Shown: positions 28,271 to 39,909 of the stretch, in pieces
Position numbering within the stretch: position 1 is the stretch's first letter
Layout: every line of letters begins with the position of its first letter
DNA from: Yuukianura sp. NJ FZ-2021
Taxonomy: Eukaryota
Reading direction: 5' to 3'
Length of the DNA stretch: 64,000 nt
Assembly: GCA_046563655.1 (NCBI GenBank)
Contig: CM102287.1
Coordinates: forward strand, 4,960,001 to 5,024,000
Program-made: the position numbers and the translations under genes
The notes under the pieces: generated by a model
The model's database searches: none
What the model saw: only the letters and a program-made list of their open reading frames with translations
Told to the model about the DNA's origin: nothing

Positions 28271-29590
28271 AAACTGACACATTTTCTCTGTTGCTTCTAC
28301 GGCTCCTCCTCCTCAGAAAAGTGGATTTGTGAGGTTAGAAGGGATTTTGCCCTTGATTTATGTCATTCCTTTCTCCTACTTTCTCCAAAGCAGTCACAAA
28401 ACTAACGGCTGCAACTGAAATCTCCTATTTGCATTTTCTATTACCTTAAGTTCTAATGCTCCCGCTTTGTAAAGTTCATATAAAGCACCTTAGTACCATA
28501 AATCATCTCATTTCCAAAACAAAACTAGTTTCAAAAACTCAAAATTCCAAAAACACATCCAAAATTGGTTAAAATCACAGAAATTCAAAACAACTCGACT
28601 CGACTTTCCCCGGCTGAAACCAATTCCTAATCCAGACTTTCACCAAACACAAATCAAACTAACATATCAAATATATTTTTCAAAACTCGCAAAAAATTAA
28701 CCTGGAGAGAAAAACTTTCACCGTAACTTCATCAGCTTACTTGAAATTCGCAAAAGTACCAAAAGCACACAAGGTTAATCACTTTTTAAAGTTTCACAGC
28801 GTGAAAAGTAAACTTATTTAGTTCAAAAGCGCCCTGCAGGAACTTATTAAAACGAAAAATTGCGGCGTGCTAACCACAAACATTCCTTTTCGGGTTTCAG
28901 CCTCATTACTTCCCAGAAACTCTTCCGCTCTGCAAGATTTTCTTCAAAAATTCGTCCTCCTTTTTTCCTTTCATGCTTCTTCGTTATTACTCGATGATCG
29001 ATTCTACTCAAGTCCTTAGCCGCCCTAGCCCTCAAGCCTTGTCAGTGCTTGTATCCATCTCATAAAGCTCATTTCTCAAGGAAAACGAAAGATGAAGTCG
29101 CAAAATCTTCCAGAAATCTTCAAGATCCAAAGTTAACACTCCGAATTGGATTCAAAGACGCTCTCTCCTCCATGCTCCTCCTCAGGGTGAGACGGAGGTC
29201 GTTTTAATTAAATGCCCATAACTCAAATGGGTCATAAAACCCAGTTTCATTAATGCAACCACTCAACCCTCTACTCATAAATTTCACAGCTTAAGAGATC
29301 CCAGAAGCTCCTTAAAACCGCAGCATCCAGCACTAAACCCTCACGGTCATTTCTCACAAAACTTCAACTTTGAACCCAAGTCCCACAAAATGAAAAGCAG
29401 CACAAAACTCTAGCCCTATTTTCTCCCACAAAAAAAAAACTCTTCATCCATCGACTCACATGACAGAACATGGAACTGGCGCACTTTTCACCAAAACTTT
29501 GCGCTTTGTGCAGTGTGAGAGGTGGGCGTTGGTGTGAATTGGACTTGAAAGAAGCCGTAGCTTTGTGTTAATGCTCTCCAAGGGAAAATC
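28271..29590. repeat. Paralogous non-coding module C-D-G, copy 3
   Basis: Shares AAAGTGGATTTGTGAGGTTAG with ~12323 and ATTTGCATTTTCTATTACCTTAA with ~16979. Block D is at 29144-29255. Confidence 0.8.
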
Positions 29591-31555
29591 CGTCCACTTT
29601 CACTCTCCTGAAACAAAACCGGGGAAAGTTCCTTTGCCGTAGCCTCCTTCTGACAATACATTTCCTAAAATGAAAATATGGACCATTCCAAGACACCATC
29701 TTCACCATTTCAAGAGCCGGCCTATCTTTTTACACAATGCACCAGGATCTTCCCCCTTCCAAAAAGTACTAGAACCTTAACATCCAGGAACATCCAGTAG
29801 AAAGTTCATAGCCTAACAAACCTAACTTTTGAGAGGGCCCATCCCACTTGAAAAGCCTTCGTTCATAAATTCTCATTAAGATGGAAGTCGCAGGAGAGGG
29901 AAACATTTACCTCCTAGTGGAAAAGGCATCAGGAAGCAGCATGCCCACTTCTGTCTAGACATGGGCGTCATGGGGTGAAATGACTATTACTTTCTCGCCT
30001 CAATTTCTAGATTCTGAAACCCAGGGAAACTGAGACGCTTTCCCCATGCTATCAATTTCTCATGTGGAAACTTTTCCCGCTCTGACCAGTTCTGAATATT
30101 GATCACTCGAAATCAAATTGCAAAAAGGAGGTTGAGACATGTCTCACCCTCACCACAATCCCATTTACTCAGCCCTTGACACAGCACACACAAAAAAAAA
30201 GATCATTCTCCAAACCAAATCTCCCCAAAATTCCAATCTTCTAACATCTCAGAAATTGCATTCTCAAAATTCCTGCAGGAGGCAAAGCGCAGAAAAGCTT
30301 TTCCCATAAAATGGCATAGATTTGCCGATTTTACTGCTTAGAGCAGGTAATTTAAACGTGTTATTGCAATATTACGGGAAAAATATATTACTTATTTTTT
30401 TATTACACACATTCCCCATCATCCTATGCGTCTTTCTTCTAACAGAAAAAAAAAACTTCCATTAGAAATACCTTAACGATAGTAATTTTTTGTCGCTGTA
30501 TTTGCAAAAACTTTTGAACTTCAGTATTTCAAAAACTTTGAACCGCACTAATTTGCAAGAATTTTGATCTGACACCACCCAAAATAGTTTTTAACCTCAA
30601 CACAAATGAAATTGTAACCTCAGATTCAACTGAGAAAATTTAACCGAGTGATTTGCACTATTTTTAATTTTTAACCAAGCATCAGCATTCGCACAGAGTT
30701 CAACAGCATTCACGAGTAATTTTAACCGTGTTCTACCCATTGAAAAGTAGCCGCAAAACCGAGTAACTTCTGAGATCGACCTCGACCAGGCAAATGCGAA
30801 AAGCGTAAATTCAAGTTTTTGTGCGTTTTTGTTCTAAAACTTTTACTTTATCAAAGTTAGTTTGTGTCGCAGCCACTGTCGACGCATTACAAATGCTCTG
30901 GTTCCCACCGAAGCTAAAGCAACCAGACTCCAGAACAGTTTCTACCACTTTTCACGTAAGCAGAGTTTTCCAATGTCCATAAATCCTCCCACCACAAACC
31001 ACACACACAAAGCGTCGACTGCTGGATGCTGCTGGTTTAAACTGCGTCTCCAGCCACTTTCACTTTTCACCCGAAAAACCTTCGACCTTCCACGTGCCTC
31101 CACCACAATCCAAACACAGCTCAATTAAACACATTACACCTCTGCACTTAAACAAACAGAAACTGGAAACTCCAAATTCCAAAAATAAACAAATCACAAA
31201 CCGAATCCCGAGAGCTCTCTTAAAACTCTTACCCTCAAATTTTCCAATTTTCCCTGCAAAACAGTACTATTCAAAAAACGCTATTTACAAAAACCGTAGT
31301 TGCTCCCTCCGCCCTTTGATCTAAAATTTACTACCCAATTAAAGCTTCCGATTTCCCGAAAAACACTTCAAAATCTCCGATTCCATGATTTTGAATCTCG
31401 CCAAAATAAACTATCCACCAAAAAGCAAACAAAATGAACCAAATTTGAAAACTGCCTCCCGCTTTCACTCCATTTTCAACTGACTTTTGATCTTTCCAAA
31501 GTTACATCACTCGAAGGTGAGAGTTAGAAAGTTGTAAACTTTAGGTGTCTCTTAC

Positions 31556-31731
31556 CTTTCATAAAACGGAGTGATGAAGTTGTGGAGTGGTTTTGCTGCT
31601 GGTGATGGAAGGAAGTGTAACTTTTCAAAGTTTGGCACCAGTCACTTTGCTGGCAGCAGAGTCAGAGTGTGAACGATGAAGTGATAAGTTAGTGTCACGG
31701 ATTTCTTGGTCGATGGGCTCTAAAACACTAA
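31556..31731 (-). other. Candidate alternative first exon with TATA/Inr-like promoter
   Basis: Donor AAG|GTAAGA at 31556/31555. Minus-strand TATAGAA at 31767-31761 and TTAGTG Inr-like motif ~30 nt downstream. Local skew inversion. The exon ends ATG AAA G|gt. Confidence 0.45.
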
Positions 31732-34700
31732 AAAGCCTTTCTCCTTCTGTGCCCTCCGCTTTCTATAAAAAGTAGAAAGGAAGACATTATTGACTTGCTC
31801 TCACTCAATATCAGAATTAAATTCCAGATTCACTTCTTACAAAGAAAAATTCAAAATCTGCACGTTTCCCAGAAAAATTCCTTTAAAAAAAATCAAATTT
31901 CGAAATTTTATATAATTCTCTTGCCAAAGAAATCTCATCTTCCCACTTTCTTTTTGTCTTTTCGACAAAAAACGAAACCTCCCAATTCACTTTTCGCAAA
32001 AACTAAAAGCCAATTTGAGCATTTCTTTTTCCAATTGCAATCTCATGTGAACTTTCACATCATTTCTGTTTGATTCACTGTTGAACTAAAAACTGCAAGA
32101 AAGTGTTTCTTCAATCAGTCTCTTGAGAAGAGAGAAGACTCTCTTCACATTTCAACTGAAACAGTATCATTTCAAAGTGAAATGTTTCCATGTTATAATC
32201 GTAACACTAAGGAATGAGTCGTCCTGAAGCAGATTGTTTCTGGCAAATCGGTGTAAATTTATCCATTTTCCATTTCCAACTTATCGTATCTCTCAGTGTT
32301 CAATGGTTCAATCAGATTGAACGACACTTCTCCTACTTTCTCCTTTCCATCCGTAGTCGTTTCCGTGATGTAAGGAAGTGATCCTCGGGGAGATATTGTA
32401 CTACGGTATATGACATCCCACCCACTTACCACTGATACACTCCATTTCAGCTACTTTATACAAGAACTCAAACAATGAGAGCTTCCACAGACTGCAAAGG
32501 GCCTTTGTTCACTACAAAAGTGAACCTCAAGGCAATTCCATTGAAACTATACGTTAGGTCAAAGGTCATTCACTCTATGCTTCACTTCCCTTTCAAACCA
32601 AAGGAAGCACAAGCTGTAGTAGCACTTTTCTTCTTTCTGTAGTAGCCAATATTTCTAACTCGCCAAAAGATAAAGTTGATTTCCCAGTTTGCACATAATT
32701 TACTTCATCTCAAGTTCCATTGCTAGCCTTAAGCTCAGTTAAGTTACTGACCTAACGTATTGAATAAGTCAGACAAAAACATTGCACTAGACTAACTAAC
32801 AAAATACATAAGAAAACACCATGGTCGGGGGAAAACACTTTTAAAAAACGAAGGAAAAAACACCAAAACTTAGATTTTCTTCAAAATCCTATCTCTTTTC
32901 AAATTCTCAAATCGGTTTCTCTAAATTTTAGAATCTTTGGAAATTCGTATACTAAATATTTAACTTGAGAATAAAAAAAAAGTTTTTAGTTTTTCATAAC
33001 TGAACTGCCTTTCGCGAATAAAAAAAAAAGTAACACGTCAAAAACTTTATGCATAACATCGTTCAAAAGTGAAGAAACTTCAACGAAAAGAGCCCTTAGT
33101 ACTTTCACTTTGTCACAAAACTTGTCAATTCCCTTTTGTCACTTAACGATGTCAATTCAAATCCTTCAGGAATAAAAATGGCTCACTTTCTCAAACTCCA
33201 CATTTACACCACTATCAATTTTTTACTGTTGTTCCATAACCGAAAACCTCAACAAAAAAAGCATCGCTTCGCAACTGTTTTCTTCACTTTCCTCTCTTTT
33301 TTTTTGAAAACTCAAAATATAAATCATAACTCCGCATTTATTACATCCTAATGACACAACTTTCTTCATATGTTTGAAATGATCCGAATTCAAGCTGACC
33401 TCAAACTCAGGTCTCGCGCCTGTCCACTTTTCTCCGCCGTCTTTTCTTTGGAGATCAAAAGAATTCCTCGGGGGATCCATAAATGTGTCAACCGAAGAAA
33501 CCAAGACCAAAAAAACTCTATTCATTTCCAAGATTCGCAAAAACTCATCAAAAAGAGCATGTCATCTCCTTTCACTGCCCTCGGCACCACACATACTGGA
33601 CAAGAAAACTGGAACGAGGCTAGTGAGGTCGTTGTGGCAGGCGGATGTGAAAATAATAGGAGTCCAAATCCATTGTCCACTGGCCACAAGAAATCCACAA
33701 AAATTCCCCTGCGAATAAGCTAAAGAAATCCATCATCTTCCCCCTTCTCCACAACTAACTCTAATCACCTCCACTCTTTTCGCTCTTGGTCACAAAGGAA
33801 AACTTTCTCCTCACAATGGAAATGCATACAGAGCAAATCCCTTCCCTCTCCAGTTGTATCTTTCTTTTATGACACAAATTTCTATTATACGACTGCTCCT
33901 TGTTCACTCTCAAAACTTTTTATGTCACTCTGAACGTGGACGTCCACAAAATGTTTCATTCATGGTTCGGTACGGCGCTGTTTCGGAACGGCTCGGATCG
34001 ATACGACACACAATCATCCCTCAGAAAAAAAAAACCGAAAACTGCTTTCTCCTAAAACAATTCGCCACAAATCAAACAAATTATGCAGAAAAAAAAATCT
34101 CAAACATTGCAACTACTACATAATTTATGTAAATTGTAACAACAAAATTTAAACTTCACCCAAACCAGATATAAAATCAACTCCCGACTACAGAAACGCG
34201 CCACTCATCCGATTGAAAACCAAGACCATTTCTGCTGTGTACAATATTTCTCAGCAGAAATTCGGTGAAATTCAAATTCAAAACCGATTGAAACAGGAAA
34301 CCGATTTTTTAAAATGTCGTTTCAATTTCTCCGCATAAGGACCTTCCTCAACTCTGTTCTCTCATACACAAAGAAAATCCAACTGAAACTGACAAATGAC
34401 TAGGATTTATAGTCACGCAGGAAATGGGACAGCAGAATCCTGAATTTTCCAACATTGAAATTAAGACATAAACTTCGTAACTGGACTTCGCAAAAACTCC
34501 AAATTGGGTATTTTGATACATTTTATGACGGGTTGTTAAGGCTTCCTTGTTGGTTTTGTCGAAAACCTGTCTCTCGTGGAAAGCTAGAAAAGAAAAACAA
34601 GTCAAGCAGGTAATGCTCTAGCTCGTCATTTTTCAAAAAACCAAAATAAAAACTAGCAAAAACTTTCACCAATTCCACTAGTTCCAAAAAAATTCTCAAC

Positions 34701-37700
34701 AAAAACGAGCCTCATCTCTAACCATTGGCAAACAATATCCTCGTTTTTATGAACTCTAATAAAACGAAATTGTAACAGTTTCCGTACATGCGACGAACGC
34801 GGCGGTGACTTTTCTAAAGAAGCCGAACTCGAAACGCACTTACAAAAGCAAAAGCCTTTTCTCTTGTTCAGTCTCGGTGCGTCTCCTCAGTAAGGAGAAA
34901 GCGGATCACTTTCCATTGAATTTGCATTTGAATTCAACATAAAAAGAGCACGGATCGTAGCATAGGAATTGAGTTTGACAGGAAGGGGAATGTAGAAACA
35001 CAATACGACTGTTCCCTTGTATCGACTAGGTTAGCCTAACCTTATATACTAGATAGTATAAGTTAGGTTCCTGCAGTTTCTGAATTGAATTGGGAGAGAT
35101 AGGGAAAGAGAGCGGAAGTAAAAGCAACGGACGAGATGAGAAGTGTTTCCTTCAGTTATAAAAATAGACGAAGGGAAATTCAGAACTTTCACTGCTTTCA
35201 CTCTTAAAAAAAAGAAAGAAAGACATGACAGAGAGGCGAACCAGCGGACTGACATTTTTAGTTTGTCGTTACAACCTATCTTCCACCATCCCTTTTCCCT
35301 GTCTCTCTGTTCCAAATGGTAATAAAGGCTAATGCCCTCATCTGATTGTGCCTTCCATGCACATTTCACATACAAAACTTTGTTCGAAAGACTTTTTAGA
35401 ACATGCGGAGCTCCTGAGATGGATCCAGGTGCGGAGAGAGGGAACATATTTTATTACATTCACTTCCTAAATCGATTCAAAAAAATCCGAAAAATCTTTT
35501 CTCCCGGGTCTCCCGACGCCGCCGGTAAAAGATCCATGATACTCCTTTAACCATTGCAAAAGTTTGAAAAACTATACAACAACGCAAGGAACCAACCAAT
35601 CGCATACGTTTTAAGGTTATGCTATGCTACACACTTTAGGTTAAGTTATTCAACTTAACCTTTCTAGCCCACAAAATTGTCCTTCAGATTCCAATATTAT
35701 GCAACGACTTTCCATTGGCTGAGCACAGTACAAGCGTCTACTCAACTCAACGAAACAAAGAACGAAACATGCAGTTTCAAAAAGAAATAACATTTTCGTT
35801 AGGTCGTAAGGTCGTAACGCTAACGCTATGCACTGCCGTTTACAAAATCACCCAAATCCAGTCTGCATTCATAAAAAAAAACATCAAAATTCGGGGGAAA
35901 ACAGAAATTTCAAATTTCAAAAAACCTAACCATTCATCAGCAAAAAAAGGAAAATTCAACAAAATACTCAGAAACTAGGCAAAAGGAGTTCAAAAACCAC
36001 AAAAAAAAATTATTACGAAACGATGTTTATATGGAATCATCACGAAAAGAGTGAACCGTCACAACAAAGATTTCGAAATTCGAAGCGAGGAAAAATAATT
36101 ATTCCATTGTGAATCCATTTTTGCAAAAACCGAAAAATTTGCAATTCCAACCGATTTTCGTGATTAAGATCACGTTGTCTTTTCCAGAACCAGCAGTAGT
36201 TCCACTTCCAGTAGTGCAAATGCTACCTGCAACCTTCCAAACTTTCTTATGAGCCTTCAGAAACTTAGAAAGCAAAATCCCACATAAGAAGCTAGGTTCC
36301 ATTAAGCAGCAATAAATCCCGAACCAACCACCCCCAGAGATGACACCACTAAAAACTTCTTCTTCAAAACCCATTCAGTCTCTCCTACCAAAAAACCCAT
36401 TACAAATAACTAATGACCCCGCACTCTCTCCAATAAAATTAAAATAAACTTCAAATAAAAAAAACTTTGGAGAGAGGAAAATGAAAAGGTATTACAATTT
36501 ATAATTTATCTATTCTTCAAGGTTGCAACTCTTTCCTCCCCTAGTTTCAGTTGCAATAGAAAATGAAAAATATTTCCAGCACTATGTATTTTTTCCTCTT
36601 GTTTTCATTTCCATTTCCTTTATTATTTTTAACCACTCCACTCTCTTGTCGTTTGGAAAAGCGGAAGATGATGATGACGGAGAAAGTGGCGCATCTGCCT
36701 TTCCCCCCGAACTTCTTTGAAAAATATTTTCATTTCCTTTCCCTCCCACTCCAAAATGAACCTCCTCTGTTTCTGCCTCTTCTAAAATGCAAAACCATTT
36801 GAATTGTGCCAACTTTCCTGAGAACTCTTTGACAAAAACAAAAGAAAGCAAATGAAAATGATCCTCCTAAACTTCGTTTCCAACAAAGTGAATTACGCAA
36901 AACGATAGCAGCAGTCCGTGCGTACTAAACTTTATATTTTCTTCCTCCCACTGACCTTAAACCAACCAATCTTCGCCAAAACCAAAAAAAAAACACGAAC
37001 AGCTTACAAAATTTGCAAAAAAAAAAAAAAAAGTGAAAGTCATCAGTTTCAAAGTTTACAGCGAAATCAACGGCATTCAAGTTTACCAAAAAAAAATCGC
37101 AAACTGTGAAATACAAAAGATTGATAAAAATTCGAAAATGGAAATTACATCCACAAAATTCGGGTTACTTGTCACGAATTCGGTTTTTTCCTACCACAAA
37201 AAAATCATAACCACAATTTCTATCGCCCAAAAAGTTTATCCAATTTGATGTCCAACACACCGAACTTTCTCCAGGACACAAAACTTTACTTTCCCCTACC
37301 TACTAATATCATTACTTTTTTAGTAACCTCCAGACAGTCCAAATCCAGTGACCATGGCAACGGACGCTTCCTGTCATTTCATCTTCACATTTTCACCGTT
37401 AATGCCCACTACAATGGTTGACTGGACCCGTCTTCTCCATCACTTTTGATATTACTTCCCACCCTCCTGTCCGAGGTTTCACAAAAAGCATCCAACGGCA
37501 CCATCCCTTTCTACAAATGTGTATCTCTGGTCGTGATGCCACATGAATGATTTATGAAACAAAAAAAATTGATCTGTTCCCTCCCAACTCCTACTCAAAC
37601 AGCCTTGTATCCAAGTGAAAGTCCGCCACTCCCTCAAAAGGAAATCCAAATGTGATTGTACTAACATGGAAAAAGTGCAGTACTCGATTTACTTTTCCCC

Positions 37701-37810
37701 TCGATTGATCATCCTCTGTGCCTTTAGTCTATCAAACATCTTTATCGCGTCGTTAAAGTCAAATCGTCCCGCTGTTCAATTTCACTAATGTCTTCTCCAC
37801 GCAGCAACTA

Positions 37811-38072
37811 CCGAACGCTAAATTTCCCTGCCGAACGTTAAATTTCCCTGCCGAACACTATTTCCACATCGAACACTAAAAATTTCAATGCCGAACACTA
37901 AATTTTCATGCTAAACGCTAAATTTCCATACCGACCACTAAAAATTTCAATGCCGAACACTAAATTTAAACGCTAAATTTCCATACCGACCACTAAAAAT
38001 TTCAATGCCGAACACTAAATTTAAACGCTAAATTTCCATACCGACCACTAAAAATTTCAATGCCGAACACTA
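37811..38072. repeat. Minisatellite: ~20-bp monomers (CCGAACRCTAAATTTCMMTG-like) ending in a 55-bp higher-order repeat x~3
   Basis: Monomers start at 37811. The 55-bp unit AAACGCTAAATTTCCATACCGACCACTAAAAATTTCAATGCCGAACACTAAATTT starts at 37913, 37968 and 38023 (last copy truncated). Confidence 0.93.
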
Positions 38073-39909
38073 TGTCCCCACATTGAACATTTCGAATTTA
38101 GAGCCAACGTCCCATATTTTGGAAAAAGTGAAAGCAATGTGTGAAATTGAAGTAAGCTCAGGTTAACGTTCCCTCCTTGATTGCTTTTTTAAGCTCAGGA
38201 TTACATCTGGGTCGGCCCAATTTCTTAATTATGGCACAAGTGGCTCCTCGAAGACTAATTTCCGCTCAGTTAGCAGGAAAAACTGTTCAATGTGCACAAG
38301 ACCATCTCAGGAGAAACGCAATTTATGCTTTCTTCATCAGTTCTTTCGTAACTCCCAAAAGGGGCGGAAGAGCACAAAGAGGCTTATTAACTTCTGCAAA
38401 AGACGCACCAGAACTTAGCCTATGCCAATTTCCGTCCTCGGAGCATATGGGTCATTTTAATACATCTTCCAAAGTCTTGCAAATTATTTGAAACCTCATC
38501 AACTCCCGAGTTTCGCCAACTGAGCGAAAATTTTCATCACAATTTCAAAATTCCACCGCCACTGAAAGTTCCAAAAACACGCCGGCAAACTCCCAGGTGA
38601 GAAAACGCGACTACCTTACATAAAGTAGCAACATCGACTCAGAAACTAGCGCTAAAACTAGGTAACCCTTAAGAATATTTTAAAAATTTCGGAAACTTCT
38701 CAAAATTTTGCAAAACTAGCCCAAAAAGTTCGCAAACCTCCACAGAATTCGTAAACAAGTCCTACAAGGAGTTTTCTGCGTTGCATCAAAAGTCTGAAAC
38801 TCAAAGTAACCCTGAAAGGTCAACAAAGGTCAACTGTTGCCATCAAACACTTAAAGAGAGTTTCATTTCTTTGTTAAAAACGAAACTCCTGTCACTTGCT
38901 CTTTTTTCTTGACAAAGTACTAAGATGAAAGAAAAACAGGAAATTGGAAAAAGAAAAAAAAACTTTCTCCAAAAGTTCAAAAGGTCATCTCATCGGTAGT
39001 GGCAAAAAAAGAAAAAAAAACAAAGGAAAGGCGACTCCCTATACTAATCATCTCACTCAAAAAACCGGAAATTGAACCAAATGTGCAATTTACCCACTTT
39101 CTTACAAACTTCTTTCAATGAGAGGGAAAGTATCCAGACGTATAATTTCCGTTTAAAAAAAAACACTTTTCAAAAAATTACCAAAATTTGACAAACAAAA
39201 ATCCGAGAAGTACCGTACATCTTTTCCAACAATGAATACAATATCTAACCAATATTTCAATTCAAATTCACCATTTTTTCATTATAAAACTGACAGCTTC
39301 AAATTCTAAAAGGCCAACTTTCTCCCAAACTTTCACCTAAAAAACAGAACACGACCAAATTAATAATCGAGTGTCGTTTTTTCACTCTCGTTTGTTGGTT
39401 GACTTAAGCATGATCGTTTTAAAATTTACTCTCCGCAAAATTGAAAGCAGCTTTTCAAAAATCCAACAGAGCAGTAGCAGAAACCAGAGTCAAGAAGCCA
39501 TTCTAGCGAAACCTCGAAACTGAAAAGAACAAAAAACCGTTCGAATGTTCCTTGTGTGAAACAGCTTTCATTGAGTGCTCCCGTAAATCAACTCTTGATT
39601 AATTTCCTCAAATCAACTACAACTAGAGAGAGCTACAACTAACTTCATTAAAATGAATTGGACTCAGCCCTTCGCTCCCTCTTCCCTTTAATAACACTTC
39701 TTTGTCAAAAGAAATCCAGCAACACACATCAACCAAGTTTCGTCCAGAACCAGAACGTGAATACGTGAATACATTTCAAATGAAAAATATCAGTTGTAGA
39801 AACGGAACTAATTTACTCAATCTTTCAGCGTCTCTTTCCTAAAGTAATTGACACTTACGGCAATATAACTCCAATGCTTGCGTCGTTCCTGCTGCTCATC
39901 ACTGTACAT

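Noticed and set aside
35570..35581. AACTATACAAC, complementary to the let-7 3' half
   Set aside because: The seed part is absent; chance match.
37811..38072. CRISPR-like array
   Set aside because: The units are contiguous with no unique spacers, there are no cas genes, and the context is an intron-rich eukaryotic genome.
318..39000. Dozens of 60-196-aa ORFs in the ORF track (e.g. 25074-25664, 26779-27264, 6140-6547)
   Set aside because: They are K/F/S/T-biased translations of skewed non-coding DNA, many start at TTG/GTG, and none shows a domain motif or consistent splice chain.
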